Source: a virus
Reading direction: 5' to 3' (one strand)
IMG/VR virus record: IMGVR_UViG_3300037993_001242
Span: 32,001-96,000 of that record
Length of the DNA: 64,000 nucleotides
The notes under the pieces were generated by a model that saw only the letters and a program-made list of their open reading frames with translations, was not told the DNA's origin and searched no databases. Numbering within the stretch: position 1 is the stretch's first letter; every line of letters begins with the position of its first letter. The position numbers were made by a program, and so were the translations under genes. This document shows positions 36,901-47,654 of the stretch, one piece after another.

Positions 36901-37200
36901 TCAGTCAATGATGACCGGAGAATCTGAATTAAGCCATGCAAAAAGAGTTGATCCTTTGTGCTGCTGAATAAGCAAACGCGACTGATGCCCGCAGCACGAG
37001 CAGTCAAAATTGATTATTATTGCGTTTCTACGCCCCTGCATTTTTGTTTCTGGAACTGCCTCACTTTTTGGAGGATACGTACCTTGGATGGTCATCTTAA
37101 TTCCGTCGCCATCTTCAAAATGGGGTCTCTCATATATTTCGATCATGCTGTGGTGCATGTCGGCTGTTTCCCGACAGTTTGGACAAGCTAGTGCGTTCAT
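36901..37200 (-). CDS. Zn-ribbon hypothetical protein
   Basis: CPNC...CSCC, QHKGST; CGTTCTT upstream. Confidence 0.65.
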   Translation of the reverse strand: MNALACPNCRETADMHHSMIEIYERPHFEDGDGIKMTIQGTYPPKSEAVPETKMQGRRNAIIINFDCSCCGHQSRLLIQQHKGSTLFAWLNSDSPVIID

Positions 37201-37220
37201 ACGCCCACAAGAACGTAAAA

Positions 37221-37297
37221 TGGTCGGGATGACGGGCTTCGATCCCGTGACCTCCAGTCCCCCAGACTGGCGCGCTACCTGACTGCGCTACATCCCG
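37221..37297 (-). tRNA. tRNA-Pro(GGG)
   Basis: Loop CTGGGGG; T-loop ATCGAAG. Confidence 0.9.
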
Positions 37298-37298
37298 G

Positions 37299-37586
37299 TT
37301 AAGATTTGGTTGGTATGGCATCAGCCAGCCGCGCCAAAACATCACCATGACAGGGCATCGGCCAGCACCAGCAACCCAACGTTTTGTCCTTCAATTCGTG
37401 CAGGCTGGCCAACAACTCTGGCTGAGTTTTAATCCAGTCTTCATACATGGCGATGACTTCGTCGCGGGTGCCGTCGGCTCCGATCCGGTAGGGGTTGCCC
37501 CACTTTGAACCTTCTGGAAAATCACGCGTACCTCGTCCGATGTATACATCGAATTTACTGTGCTTGCAATGGACAACTTTAGTCAT
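37299..37586 (-). CDS. DUF4326-like protein
   Basis: DVYIGRG, SKWGNPY, LKDKTLGCWCWPMPCHGDVL. Confidence 0.85.
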   Translation of the reverse strand: MTKVVHCKHSKFDVYIGRGTRDFPEGSKWGNPYRIGADGTRDEVIAMYEDWIKTQPELLASLHELKDKTLGCWCWPMPCHGDVLARLADAIPTKS

Positions 37587-37761
37587 ACTCCACAAGAACC
37601 AAAAGTTCCCCAAGCGGCAGGAGCACCGCCCGCCCGCGTTACTTCGTCACTGCCTGACTAACAGACCGTTGCGATGCTCAGCTTGGGTAAATTGGCGGCC
37701 CTCGATATTACGGCGGCTGCGCCGCCACAAGAAGTGGCCACTTCTTGTATCTCAGGCCAAA

Positions 37762-37839
37762 TGGCGGGACGTACGGGCTTCGATCCCGTGACCTTCCGGT
37801 AGACAGCCGGTTGCTCTAGCCAGACTGAGCTAACGTCCC
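37762..37839 (-). tRNA. tRNA-Asp(GTC)
   Basis: Loop CTGTCTA; T-loop ATCGAAG. Confidence 0.9.
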
Positions 37840-37844
37840 AAAAA

Positions 37845-38150
37845 TTATGATCCGACGAGTTCGTCAGTGCCTTCCCACGTAAACTCCGAAACCGGCAGGT
37901 GCATTCCACACTGACAACAGTAGGTCGCACCGTAAAATTTTGGGTCGCGAGCGTAAGTTTCAGCGATGGCCAAGGCCATGGTCGTTTTCGCCCGGCAGGT
38001 ATTGTGGATGTACGACTGACGTACCGGTCGAATGAATCCTTTGGCGCGCTCCTCTTCGGACAGCACGAGGTATTTTTTCATCTGCGGTGTCGGCACTTTG
38101 TCCGCACCGTATCCTAAATCGGGGTCTTTTGGATCAGTTGTCAAACTCAT
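37845..38150 (-). CDS. Hypothetical Cys-containing phage protein
   Basis: True start MSLTTDPKDP (GTAGTTA upstream); GFIRPVRQSYIH..C...TYCCQCG. Confidence 0.7.
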   Translation of the reverse strand: MSLTTDPKDPDLGYGADKVPTPQMKKYLVLSEEERAKGFIRPVRQSYIHNTCRAKTTMALAIAETYARDPKFYGATYCCQCGMHLPVSEFTWEGTDELVGS

Positions 38151-38231
38151 ACCTTTAACTACGTTGGCGGGCTTGGCTGTTAATTCAGCCCGTAGCGCGC
38201 CACGCGGCGGATCAGGCCGCAAGCCCATAAA

Positions 38232-38322
38232 TGGTGGCAACGGCTGGAGTCGAACCAGCGGTGTTTTCCTCTTGGGTAGCGCTTTTACAGAGCGTTGTCT
38301 TCGCCACTTGACGCACGTTGCC
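38232..38322 (-). tRNA. tRNA-Tyr(GTA)
   Basis: Loop CTGTAAA, long variable arm; canonical T-loop TTCGACT. Confidence 0.9.
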
Positions 38323-38333
38323 GTATTTAAAAC

Positions 38334-38846
38334 ATGAAAATCATTTACGCTATGGTTGTGGCTCTTGTCCTGACTGGCTGTGCAACTCAGCGGGGATTCC
38401 CGCCGAATAACGGCATCGGCAACTTTGACCGCTTGGACGACAAAGTCTATCGCGGCGCACAACCCTCGCACGAAGCCATTGCCAAACTGGCAAAAGCTGG
38501 CGTGACCAGAGTAATCAATCTCCGCCTGCCCGGCGATACGGCACCGTACGAAAAATCGGCGTGTCGGGCCGAAGGCATCGAATACTTCAACGTACCCATT
38601 GGTGGTTTTTCCGCTCCCACTGATGCCCAAGTACACCGGGTATTTTCTTTGATTGAGACCGCCCATGGGCCGGTCTACATCCATTGCCAGTGGGGCTGTG
38701 ACCGCACCGGAACCATGTGCGCCTGCTGGCGAATCCATCACGATGGCTGGAGCAATGCACAGGCACTACAGGAAGCCGTCATTTACGGCCTGTCACCTTG
38801 GGAACAGAGCATGAGGTACTACATCCTGCATTACCACGAAAAATAA
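38334..38846 (+). CDS. Dual-specificity/tyrosine phosphatase with lipoprotein signal
   Basis: Lipobox LVLTGC; YRGAQP; P-loop HCQWGCDRTG. Confidence 0.85.
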   Translation: MKIIYAMVVALVLTGCATQRGFPPNNGIGNFDRLDDKVYRGAQPSHEAIAKLAKAGVTRVINLRLPGDTAPYEKSACRAEGIEYFNVPIGGFSAPTDAQVHRVFSLIETAHGPVYIHCQWGCDRTGTMCACWRIHHDGWSNAQALQEAVIYGLSPWEQSMRYYILHYHEK

Positions 38847-38931
38847 CGGGCAAGGTTTTGGCATCGGGTATGCTGGGTTTCCCCGGCGGTTTGTATCAAT
38901 AACAAGATAACCGACAGTCCATTCGGCCCGT
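38846..38931 (-). ncRNA. Y RNA 5 (86 nt)
   Basis: ACGGGCCGA-ATGGACTGTC-GGTTATC...CCTTGCCCGT. Confidence 0.75.
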
Positions 38932-38935
38932 AAAA

Positions 38936-39011
<76 letters not shown>

Positions 39012-39016
39012 AAAAG

Positions 39017-39457
39017 TTATTCTTCATCTGCTGATTCCCAGTTGTTGCAGCAACCGCCCCAAAAAATCGGGCCGGTTACTTCTTTGCAGGAGCCTTCGTC
39101 CTTGCCGCCGGAATAATACTCGCAGTTGCCACAATGTGTCGGCCCATCCTCGATGTATCCGACGGCTTCTTTGGGCAGCAACTCCAGTGGCGTCGCACCT
39201 TCTTTCAGGAAAGTTTTGCCCCCGATGAAGGCTGCGCACACGCCATGTTCACCATCACAAGCTGGCGGCGTTGTGACGAAGCACTCACTCTTGGGCGTGT
39301 TAAAGAATATGCACTTGCCACAACGCGCACCGGGATCGGTTTGACCGGATTTGTTGAGCATGTCCGGGGTCATGTATACAACCTGTGCTTGGAGCATTTT
39401 GCCATCTTCGGCTTCATGCTCTTGCAGTCCCATCACCCGGCGCAAAATCGGATTCAT
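39017..39457 (-). CDS. Tandem HiPIP-like Fe-S protein
   Basis: Two CxxC...C...G.C repeats: RCGKCIFF...ECF...HGVCAAF and HCGNCEYY...SCK...GGCCNNW. Confidence 0.55.
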   Translation of the reverse strand: MNPILRRVMGLQEHEAEDGKMLQAQVVYMTPDMLNKSGQTDPGARCGKCIFFNTPKSECFVTTPPACDGEHGVCAAFIGGKTFLKEGATPLELLPKEAVGYIEDGPTHCGNCEYYSGGKDEGSCKEVTGPIFWGGCCNNWESADEE

Positions 39458-39483
39458 GCCCTAAATACCGGTCTGAAAATAGA

Positions 39484-39513
39484 AGGCCGGGGGGCTTCCA
39501 CGCTCCCCGGCCT
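39484..39513 (-). terminator. Terminator after the long ncRNA
   Basis: AGGCCGGGG/CCCCGGCCT stem followed by a T-rich run on the minus strand. Confidence 0.65.
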
Positions 39514-39524
39514 AAGTTTTATAC

Positions 39525-39767
39525 CAAGGCGTTTTTGAACTTTGATCGCCAACAGCCTGCTGTCCTTAGCTTAATCCCGGCGCTTTACCGCTGAGCTACA
39601 CCGCCATAGTTTTATGGGGGCGGTGACTGGATTTGAACCAGCGACTCCGGTTTGTTAGACAACACCTGTCAGGTCACGTCTTGCTATTGTGTAACGCACT
39701 AGGTGCGCTACGGTTGAGCCTTCGGGTGATAGCCTGACATTGAACTTTAATTTTAACCATCACCTTG
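39525..39767 (-). ncRNA. ~245-nt structured RNA with circularly permuted tRNA module
   Basis: Terminal CAAGGTG/CGCCTTG; TGTCAGG/CCTGACA and TGTTGTC/GACAGCA helices; T-arm, acceptor with CCCA, and D-arm at 39577-39650; AAAGTTCAA repeated on both sides. Confidence 0.7.
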
Positions 39768-39818
39768 AGCTTGGGCGAGCGGCCCGTAAAATCAATTTAC
39801 AGGCCGCCGCACCCGAAA

Positions 39819-40013
39819 TTATGGTTTGCCCTCCAGTTGTTTCAGCCGTTCTTTATAGATTTTTTCAATCTCGCTTTCCCTTATACCCCGAAGATTGCGG
39901 CCACCGGCATTCATACACGTCGCGTGCTCTTGCGTATTCGTGGTCAGCCTCTGCGCTTTTTCCATTTCAGCACGCCGCCACACGTCCAGTCTGCGTTTTG
40001 CGCTTTCGTCCAT
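39819..40013 (-). CDS. Small hypothetical protein
   Basis: MDESAKRRLDVW...; co-transcribed with the 254-aa gene. Confidence 0.5.
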   Translation of the reverse strand: MDESAKRRLDVWRRAEMEKAQRLTTNTQEHATCMNAGGRNLRGIRESEIEKIYKERLKQLEGKP

Positions 40014-40017
40014 AAGA

Positions 40018-40782
40018 CTATTTGTTGCCACTGAACACGAAGCTCAGCAACTGCTTGCCGATCTTCTTGGTCAGGTCGACTTCTTCGTCGTTGGCCCGTG
40101 AGCGCGCCCGGCGGACGGCTCGCGTCAGGATTTCGATCCGGTCGAGCAGTTCGGCTTTTTCCGCCGGGGTGATCAACGAAGACCACTCCTTTTCCTCAAC
40201 CTTGCCTACCGGCACATCGATGGCCAGCAACTGAGTCTGAGCCGGATGTTCCTTGGTGGCGTCGTACAGCACAATCGGCTTGGACTGTTTCTGCGTGCGA
40301 ATCTTGATCACTTCGCGTGCTTTGTAAACACCAGCGCCGCGCTGCGCATCCGCCACGAAACCCTTGGCCGGATCGAGCGTCGGGATGACCGCGATCAACT
40401 GCTGGATTTCCGTGCAGCGCTTTTCAAGCTCCAGCAGCGCCGTCGCCGGGACATCCTTAATTAGCACGGTACCCGCGTCGTCATCAAGCACGATGTCGGC
40501 CTTCGCCCGTGTATTGGCGTCAGCCACCTGATACGAGGCGTCGAGTGCCTTGGTCAGATGACCCTGAATCCATGTCAGTTCCTTGCCGACCGAGGTCTGC
40601 AAGAAGGACTGGGCTTCGGTCTGCGGCTCGGCTTTTTCCGCGTCGGGTTTGAAGACGACGTGCTTTTCCTCGAAAAGATGCCGCTTCTTTTCAAAGGTGT
40701 TGGCCTGATCGGTGCGGCACTTTTCGGCCTGCTGTTTCAGGCTGGTTTCAACTGCCAAAAGTTCATGTAGTTTGGTTGACAT
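40018..40782 (-). CDS. Helical/coiled-coil hypothetical protein
   Basis: 254 aa, MSTKLHELLAVE...ANTRAKADIV...PATALLELEK...AVRRARSRAND; strong sigma70-like promoter upstream. Confidence 0.8.
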   Translation of the reverse strand: MSTKLHELLAVETSLKQQAEKCRTDQANTFEKKRHLFEEKHVVFKPDAEKAEPQTEAQSFLQTSVGKELTWIQGHLTKALDASYQVADANTRAKADIVLDDDAGTVLIKDVPATALLELEKRCTEIQQLIAVIPTLDPAKGFVADAQRGAGVYKAREVIKIRTQKQSKPIVLYDATKEHPAQTQLLAIDVPVGKVEEKEWSSLITPAEKAELLDRIEILTRAVRRARSRANDEEVDLTKKIGKQLLSFVFSGNK

Positions 40783-40791
40783 AGTGGTTGG

Positions 40792-40819
40792 AGTGTATAC
40801 GCGTTAGATTTCTTGTCAA
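40792..40819 (-). promoter_or_regulatory. sigma70-like promoter TTGACA-N16-TACACT
   Basis: Upstream of the 254-aa gene; the same architecture occurs near 13520, 36185, 54565 and 57705. Confidence 0.7.
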
Positions 40820-40829
40820 CTTAAAATTT

Positions 40830-40905
40830 TGGTGGAGCCGAGGGGGTACGATCCCCTGACCTCCTGAATGCCATTCAGGCGCTCTGCCAACTGAGCTACG
40901 ACCCC
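40830..40905 (-). tRNA. tRNA-Ala(GGC)
   Basis: G3-U70; loop ATGGCAT; T-loop ATCGTAC. Confidence 0.9.
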
Positions 40906-41184
40906 AAAAGGGTGCTGCTGCCCGTTTTTCGCAGGCGTCGCCTTCCCGTTCACGGCTGGTTAGGTCTCAATTCTCCAGACGCTTATGGACTTGGCGCAAT
41001 AGTTGGCATCACGCACACGCCGCCCAAGACCGGGGCGTGCTCCGCGCTTAGTACACCAACCCGCAGCATAAATTAAAGAGCCGGGCCGAGTTTGCGACAG
41101 CGATTGCAACCGCCGCGCCTGATCGTGTGGCCTCTGCGTCCACCTTCCGGTGCGCAACCGGAATACTCCCCGGATACCGTCGTC

Positions 41185-41259
41185 TGGTGGAGCCGATGGG
41201 GATTCAACCCACGACCTCCCGCGTGCGAGGCGGGCGCTCTGGCGCTGAGCTACGACCCC
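41185..41259 (-). tRNA. tRNA-Ala(CGC)
   Basis: G3-U70; loop CTCGCAC; T-loop TTGAATC; D-loop lacks GG. Confidence 0.85.
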
Positions 41260-41280
41260 AAATGAATTCCCCAGATGTCA

Positions 41281-41499
41281 GGAATCACCCAACATAGTCG
41301 CAAACGTGAGTCTTTATGAGTATTCGGCCATTTGGCTCCATCGGTAGCACTCCGACTTCGATACCAAAGCAGGGCTTTACCTGCAATACGGGTTGGTTTG
41401 ATTGGCACTTCCCGTAAACGACGTTAGCTGACCGAGCTACCTAATCAGCCTTAGCCACATTACGTTTGCCATGCTCTTCCCACGCTACGAGACGATTCC
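41281..41499 (-). ncRNA. Candidate structured ncRNA, ~220 nt, unknown class
   Basis: GGAATC/GATTCC ends, GCAAACGT/ACGTTTGC helix, hairpins TAGCT/AGCTA, GCAGG/CCTGC, TCGG/CCGA; no ORF. Confidence 0.5.
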
Positions 41500-41555
41500 A
41501 AGCTTACGGAACCTGCCTTTGCCCCCACCAAAGAGGCTTCAGCCACTGGAGAAAT

Positions 41556-41631
41556 TGGTGGAATCGACCGGGAACGATCCGGCAACTTTCGGCTTGCAAA
41601 ACCGACGCTCTACCGATTGAGCTACGACCCC
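41556..41631 (-). tRNA. tRNA-Ala(TGC)
   Basis: G3-U70; loop TTTGCAA; T-loop ATCGTTC. Confidence 0.9.
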
Positions 41632-42071
41632 TTTGAAATTGATGCGCGATACGCTTTGAGTTTGACCCGCCGGTCATCGTCAAACGGAATTTCACCGCCC
41701 AAATGGACGCCTTCGTAAATGGCCTCCCGGAGCAGCAGTTCAACGTTCAGCGATTCCATGGCTTCGAGCAGCAGGTTGTCGCTTTGGTCTCTGGTCAACG
41801 TCGCCAACGTCCACGTACCGTCGCTGTTCAAAACTTGCAGGACGTTGCGGTAAGCGCCGTCGTGCAGGACGGTTCCCATCCAATAGGTGCCGAAAGGCGG
41901 AATGAGATTCCAGATCGCTTTGGGCGTGCTGGCCCCATCCGACGGGGAACCGGTCGGCATCATGTATTGGACGCCGTTTTTGGCCACGTACACGAGGTCT
42001 TCCAGCAGAACGATATGCCTGCCGTCACTGGTTTCGTTGGCAATCGTCGGCTTTTTGAATCCATATTCCAT
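41622..42071 (-). CDS. DUF1353-like protein
   Basis: LLEDLVY, SDGASTP, GTVLHDGAY, SDNLLLEAM; GTAGTTA upstream. Confidence 0.8.
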   Translation of the reverse strand: MEYGFKKPTIANETSDGRHIVLLEDLVYVAKNGVQYMMPTGSPSDGASTPKAIWNLIPPFGTYWMGTVLHDGAYRNVLQVLNSDGTWTLATLTRDQSDNLLLEAMESLNVELLLREAIYEGVHLGGEIPFDDDRRVKLKAYRASISKGS

Positions 42072-42091
42072 GCCCTAACTACGCAACAAAA

Positions 42092-42165
42092 TGGAGCGAG
42101 TGAACGGTGTCGATCCGTCGTATCAGCCTTGGCAAGGCCGCGCTCTACCGTTGAGCTACACCCGC
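42092..42165 (-). tRNA. tRNA-Gly(GCC)
   Basis: Loop TTGCCAA; T-loop ATCGACA. Confidence 0.9.
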
Positions 42166-42231
42166 GTCACGCCGCGACATAACCGCGCTAAATCACGTTT
42201 CTAACACGTGCCAATCATGCAGCGGCAAAAA

Positions 42232-42307
42232 TGGCTGCCCGAAGTGGGGACGATCCACTACTCTTCTGATCCAGAGTCAGACGTGTTACCAGTTACACCA
42301 TCGGGCA
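42232..42307 (-). tRNA. tRNA-Gln(CTG)
   Basis: Loop CTCTGGA; T-loop ATCGTCC. Confidence 0.9.
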
Positions 42308-42308
42308 T

Positions 42309-42623
42309 TTAAACAAAATCGTTTTCGGTACGAAAGACTGCGTAATTCTCGATGACGCTGGATTCGAGTTTGGGCTGGTTCGTACCGTAAAAAGCCATGT
42401 TGCGTTTGGGATCGGCGAATTCGTCGTAAACTTGTCGATTGGCAACGGCAATCTTAAAAGCTTCCTCGCGGTCGACAAATCGGCCCGTGTCCGTCACGTA
42501 ACCGTCCTCGGTTTTGGCTTCCGCCATACCGGGTAAATCAATGAATTTCCTCGACGCTTCAAAATGGGTTGATCCGATGTAAATGGTGCGCCCTATGCGC
42601 ACCGCCGCTGCCGCGATCTTCAT
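42309..42623 (-). CDS. Hypothetical phage protein
   Basis: STH...DGYVTDTGRFVDREEAFKIA. Confidence 0.7.
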   Translation of the reverse strand: MKIAAAAVRIGRTIYIGSTHFEASRKFIDLPGMAEAKTEDGYVTDTGRFVDREEAFKIAVANRQVYDEFADPKRNMAFYGTNQPKLESSVIENYAVFRTENDFV

Positions 42624-42828
42624 ATAGCACTAAGTACCCTGACCCCCCAGCCAAAGATCGCCGGACGGGGTCAGGGTCTTTTAGTGAATAAACACCCTAT
42701 CGCATCTTTCGATGCACCCACAGGTTTTCCGCCGGAATGAGCTTCCCTCGCTCGTCCCGACCTTCACGGTGGTCTTTACCGGATTATCGGCCCGGCTCTC
42801 GGCTCCTCGCGGAGCATAAACTGTAAAA

Positions 42829-42870
42829 TGAAAAACCCCTGCTTACTTTTTGGTAAGCAGGGGTTTTTCA
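42829..42870. terminator. Perfect 18-bp inverted repeat, bidirectional terminator
   Basis: TGAAAAACCCCTGCTTAC-tttttg-GTAAGCAGGGGTTTTTCA at the upstream boundary of the RNA island. Confidence 0.75.
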
Positions 42871-43154
42871 CCAAGTATACGTCCGTTACCTGCTTACCTC
42901 CAGACCGGGTTCCTGTGTACGGACGGACAACGATATGACACAGGCTTTCGCCCAATCATGGTTGAGGGCAAAATTATACCCTCTACCCGTAATTGGGGTT
43001 TGCACTGACGGCATGTTTGCTAACCTGTTCAAAATGTTTATTCGTTGCCTCCGACGCACCATGCGCCGAAGTGTGATTAGAGATAGCACACCCTGCGGCA
43101 TGTATGCAAGAACTTTCTTAAAAAATCTTTTGGCGGCTGAAACGCCCGCCGCCA

Positions 43155-43490
43155 TTACTGATTCAAGCGGGCCGACGCAAACGGCGCAAATTTCGGCGCG
43201 ATATTTTCCCTCACCACCACCGCCGCCATCCTTGTGATGACCGGCAATGCGCGCTGGGCAAAATCGCTGGTGCCATTCCGAAACTCCGCCCGTTTCACGC
43301 GGGCTTTGTGCAGCCGGTAAATGACCTGACTCTCCGTCAGTCCGGTCTGCTCCATGATGGCTCGCGTGCTTTGCCCGCACAGGGCAAGCCGGGCGGCAAT
43401 ATCCTCGTCGCTCCCGTTTTTGAAAACCACGATGTGGGTGTGCAGCTTACCGGCAGCCTGTTTAAACCTGCTGAGCTTGGTTGCTTTCAT
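43155..43490 (-). CDS. Helix-turn-helix protein
   Basis: STRAIMEQTGLTESQVIYRL. Confidence 0.6.
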   Translation of the reverse strand: MKATKLSRFKQAAGKLHTHIVVFKNGSDEDIAARLALCGQSTRAIMEQTGLTESQVIYRLHKARVKRAEFRNGTSDFAQRALPVITRMAAVVVRENIAPKFAPFASARLNQ

Positions 43491-43522
43491 AGTGTTTTAG
43501 AGTGGACTTTTGAACCGATGGA

Positions 43523-43921
43523 TTAAACGTACTTGGTCAAAAGCTTTTCAACCTTGGCGCGCAGTTTGGGATTGCTGCGCATCAATCCGGCGAGCACATG
43601 ACCTTCAGCCTGTGCTTCAATCGAAGCACCGCATTTGTTACAGAAGTTAATTCTTACTTCCACACCGTTGGTCGCAGCCACCGCCGCCGGTGTAGCCGTT
43701 GGATGCTGACGGCGCGTATACGGGCGTCTGGCCGACTTGACGGGCGCGGGAACCGGCGATTCAGCGACGGCAGGAACTGTGTGCCGGTGCTTGGGCGTGC
43801 GGATGGTGTGGCTGTGTACGCGCCCGGTGTGCATACGTACGGCTTGTTCGGCCAGTACTTTGGTTTGTTTGGGTGTGCCTATCCAATTACAGCCTGCGTG
43901 ATTACATCTTGGTGTGAACAT
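43523..43921 (-). CDS. Hypothetical Zn-binding protein
   Basis: CNHAGC...MHTGRVH, FCNKCG. Confidence 0.6.
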   Translation of the reverse strand: MFTPRCNHAGCNWIGTPKQTKVLAEQAVRMHTGRVHSHTIRTPKHRHTVPAVAESPVPAPVKSARRPYTRRQHPTATPAAVAATNGVEVRINFCNKCGASIEAQAEGHVLAGLMRSNPKLRAKVEKLLTKYV

Positions 43922-43939
43922 ATAGTTGATTTTTGATGG

Positions 43940-46102
<2,163 letters not shown>

Positions 46103-46173
46103 TCATAAAGCCGTTCTTTTACTATGTCGGTCTAATTGTATGCAATCACTTTGAAATGTAAACAACAAAATTT

Positions 46174-46548
46174 ATGCAATACATTGAACCCATTTTGGCT
46201 GTTTTGGCGGCTTTGGCTCTCGTAGAACTAATCGCCTTTGTTGGCCTGCTGATTATTGTCATTGTCCTCTTCATAAAGCGGTACCTGCCGCCCGACGCGC
46301 CCATGGTTTACTGCACGCCCACCGTCACCACCGGAACAACTCCAGTCGAGTTCAAGATGACTCCTTTGCCGGACATCAAAGCGGCAGTCGCCGCCCGGAA
46401 AGAACCGCTGGGACGAAGCTGCGGCCACTGCGGTACGCGCATCAAAACCGATCCCGTAAGAGGCGTCGTGGTGGGAGAAAACTCTTACCATGTATACGCC
46501 TGTCCGGCCTGCAAGCGAGAGACGTTGCTGCCTGCCAAACTTGTTTAG
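46174..46548 (+). CDS. Membrane-anchored Zn-ribbon protein
   Basis: N-terminal TM helix; CGHC...CPAC. Confidence 0.6.
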   Translation: MQYIEPILAVLAALALVELIAFVGLLIIVIVLFIKRYLPPDAPMVYCTPTVTTGTTPVEFKMTPLPDIKAAVAARKEPLGRSCGHCGTRIKTDPVRGVVVGENSYHVYACPACKRETLLPAKLV

Positions 46549-47654
46549 CCCTGTTTGGAACGCAGCTTTTGAACAAGATCGCGGATGTAGCGTTGGCCTT
46601 CCGGGTCGCCGCGTATAACTTGGGTGACGATGCGCTTGAATTCCCGTGGGGGCTGATGGATTAAATAGTCGTAAACGTGGGGCAACATGGCCTGATCTTC
46701 CTCCGTGTCGCCGAAAGCGCGCATGAAGCGCCGCCAAGCGCCGGGGCCGAGCATCACATCCCATTGTTCGTCGGTCAGCGTGTCAGCCTTGCCCCGGACA
46801 TACTTTCGTGTTTCCGGGTCGGCATCGTCTTCGTAGGACAGGTACTCCATCAGACCTTTCACGATTTCCTGCACCAAGACCGGAAAGACCACCGCTTGCG
46901 CCCGGATCAAAGGCACGCCATCGTGGTCTTTGGTCAAGCTCACGCTGCCGCCCGCCGGAGCTTCGCTCATAAACGCTTTCCAGTGTTCTTCGGGAATGGC
47001 CCAATAGGCGAACTCGCCGACGGAAACCATCGTGCCGTACATGTTAAGTAAACGCGGATCAATCTGATTAAGCCGGTCGGCGGCGAGATGGAATGCGTAA
47101 TTTTTGTTTATCGCGTTGCCCTGAATCATCATGTTAACAAACCGCCGCTTGGCAACTTCGTCACCCAACTGCTGCGCGATTTCAGGTATCTGAAGATCGG
47201 TGCGTTCCGGGTCGTCCGGCTCCGGCTCCAGATGCTTGCGGCTCAAGGTGACGTTCTCCGTCAGTTCGGCTTGAATCTTCAAATCGCCGCTTTCAATGGC
47301 CTTTCTGGCTCCCCGGAATTCCGGCAGGTCGAGCACTAAATTGACGGCAAGCTGTTGCAGTTCATCCCGGTGTTCCTCTTCGATGCGCATGGCCGTCATC
47401 ACCGACTGCATCATCTGGCCCATCACCTGCTGAACATCAGCCCGGCTGCGGGGATGCACGCCGGTATAATGCTCGATCTTGCGGATCAGGGCCGGATAAG
47501 ACTCCGAAGCCGCCACGTCGCCGGGGAAGTCCGGGCCGTAAGGGTGCTCCCCGTGCTCGATCCGGCGCTTTTTCTCCGGGTCGATGTAATCGGGTTGGCC
47601 ACCAAAGTCAATGGGAGCCTCGGTGAGAATCCGTCTGGCCAGTGGCTTGGGCAT
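46545..47654 (-). CDS. Hypothetical protein
   Basis: True start MPKPLARRILTEAP; 369 aa helical. Confidence 0.75.
   Translation of the reverse strand: MPKPLARRILTEAPIDFGGQPDYIDPEKKRRIEHGEHPYGPDFPGDVAASESYPALIRKIEHYTGVHPRSRADVQQVMGQMMQSVMTAMRIEEEHRDELQQLAVNLVLDLPEFRGARKAIESGDLKIQAELTENVTLSRKHLEPEPDDPERTDLQIPEIAQQLGDEVAKRRFVNMMIQGNAINKNYAFHLAADRLNQIDPRLLNMYGTMVSVGEFAYWAIPEEHWKAFMSEAPAGGSVSLTKDHDGVPLIRAQAVVFPVLVQEIVKGLMEYLSYEDDADPETRKYVRGKADTLTDEQWDVMLGPGAWRRFMRAFGDTEEDQAMLPHVYDYLIHQPPREFKRIVTQVIRGDPEGQRYIRDLVQKLRSKQG

Noticed and set aside
37845-38741. 298-aa ORF from the track
   Set aside because: It spans tRNA-Tyr and is antisense to the phosphatase; only the 3' 101 codons (from 38150) look real.
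41281-41499. RNase P RNA resemblance (GGGAAGTGCCA, GGTAAAGCCC, GGAGCCAAAT)
   Set aside because: The universally conserved CR-I GAGGAAAGUCC and CR-V P4 pseudoknot strands are absent.
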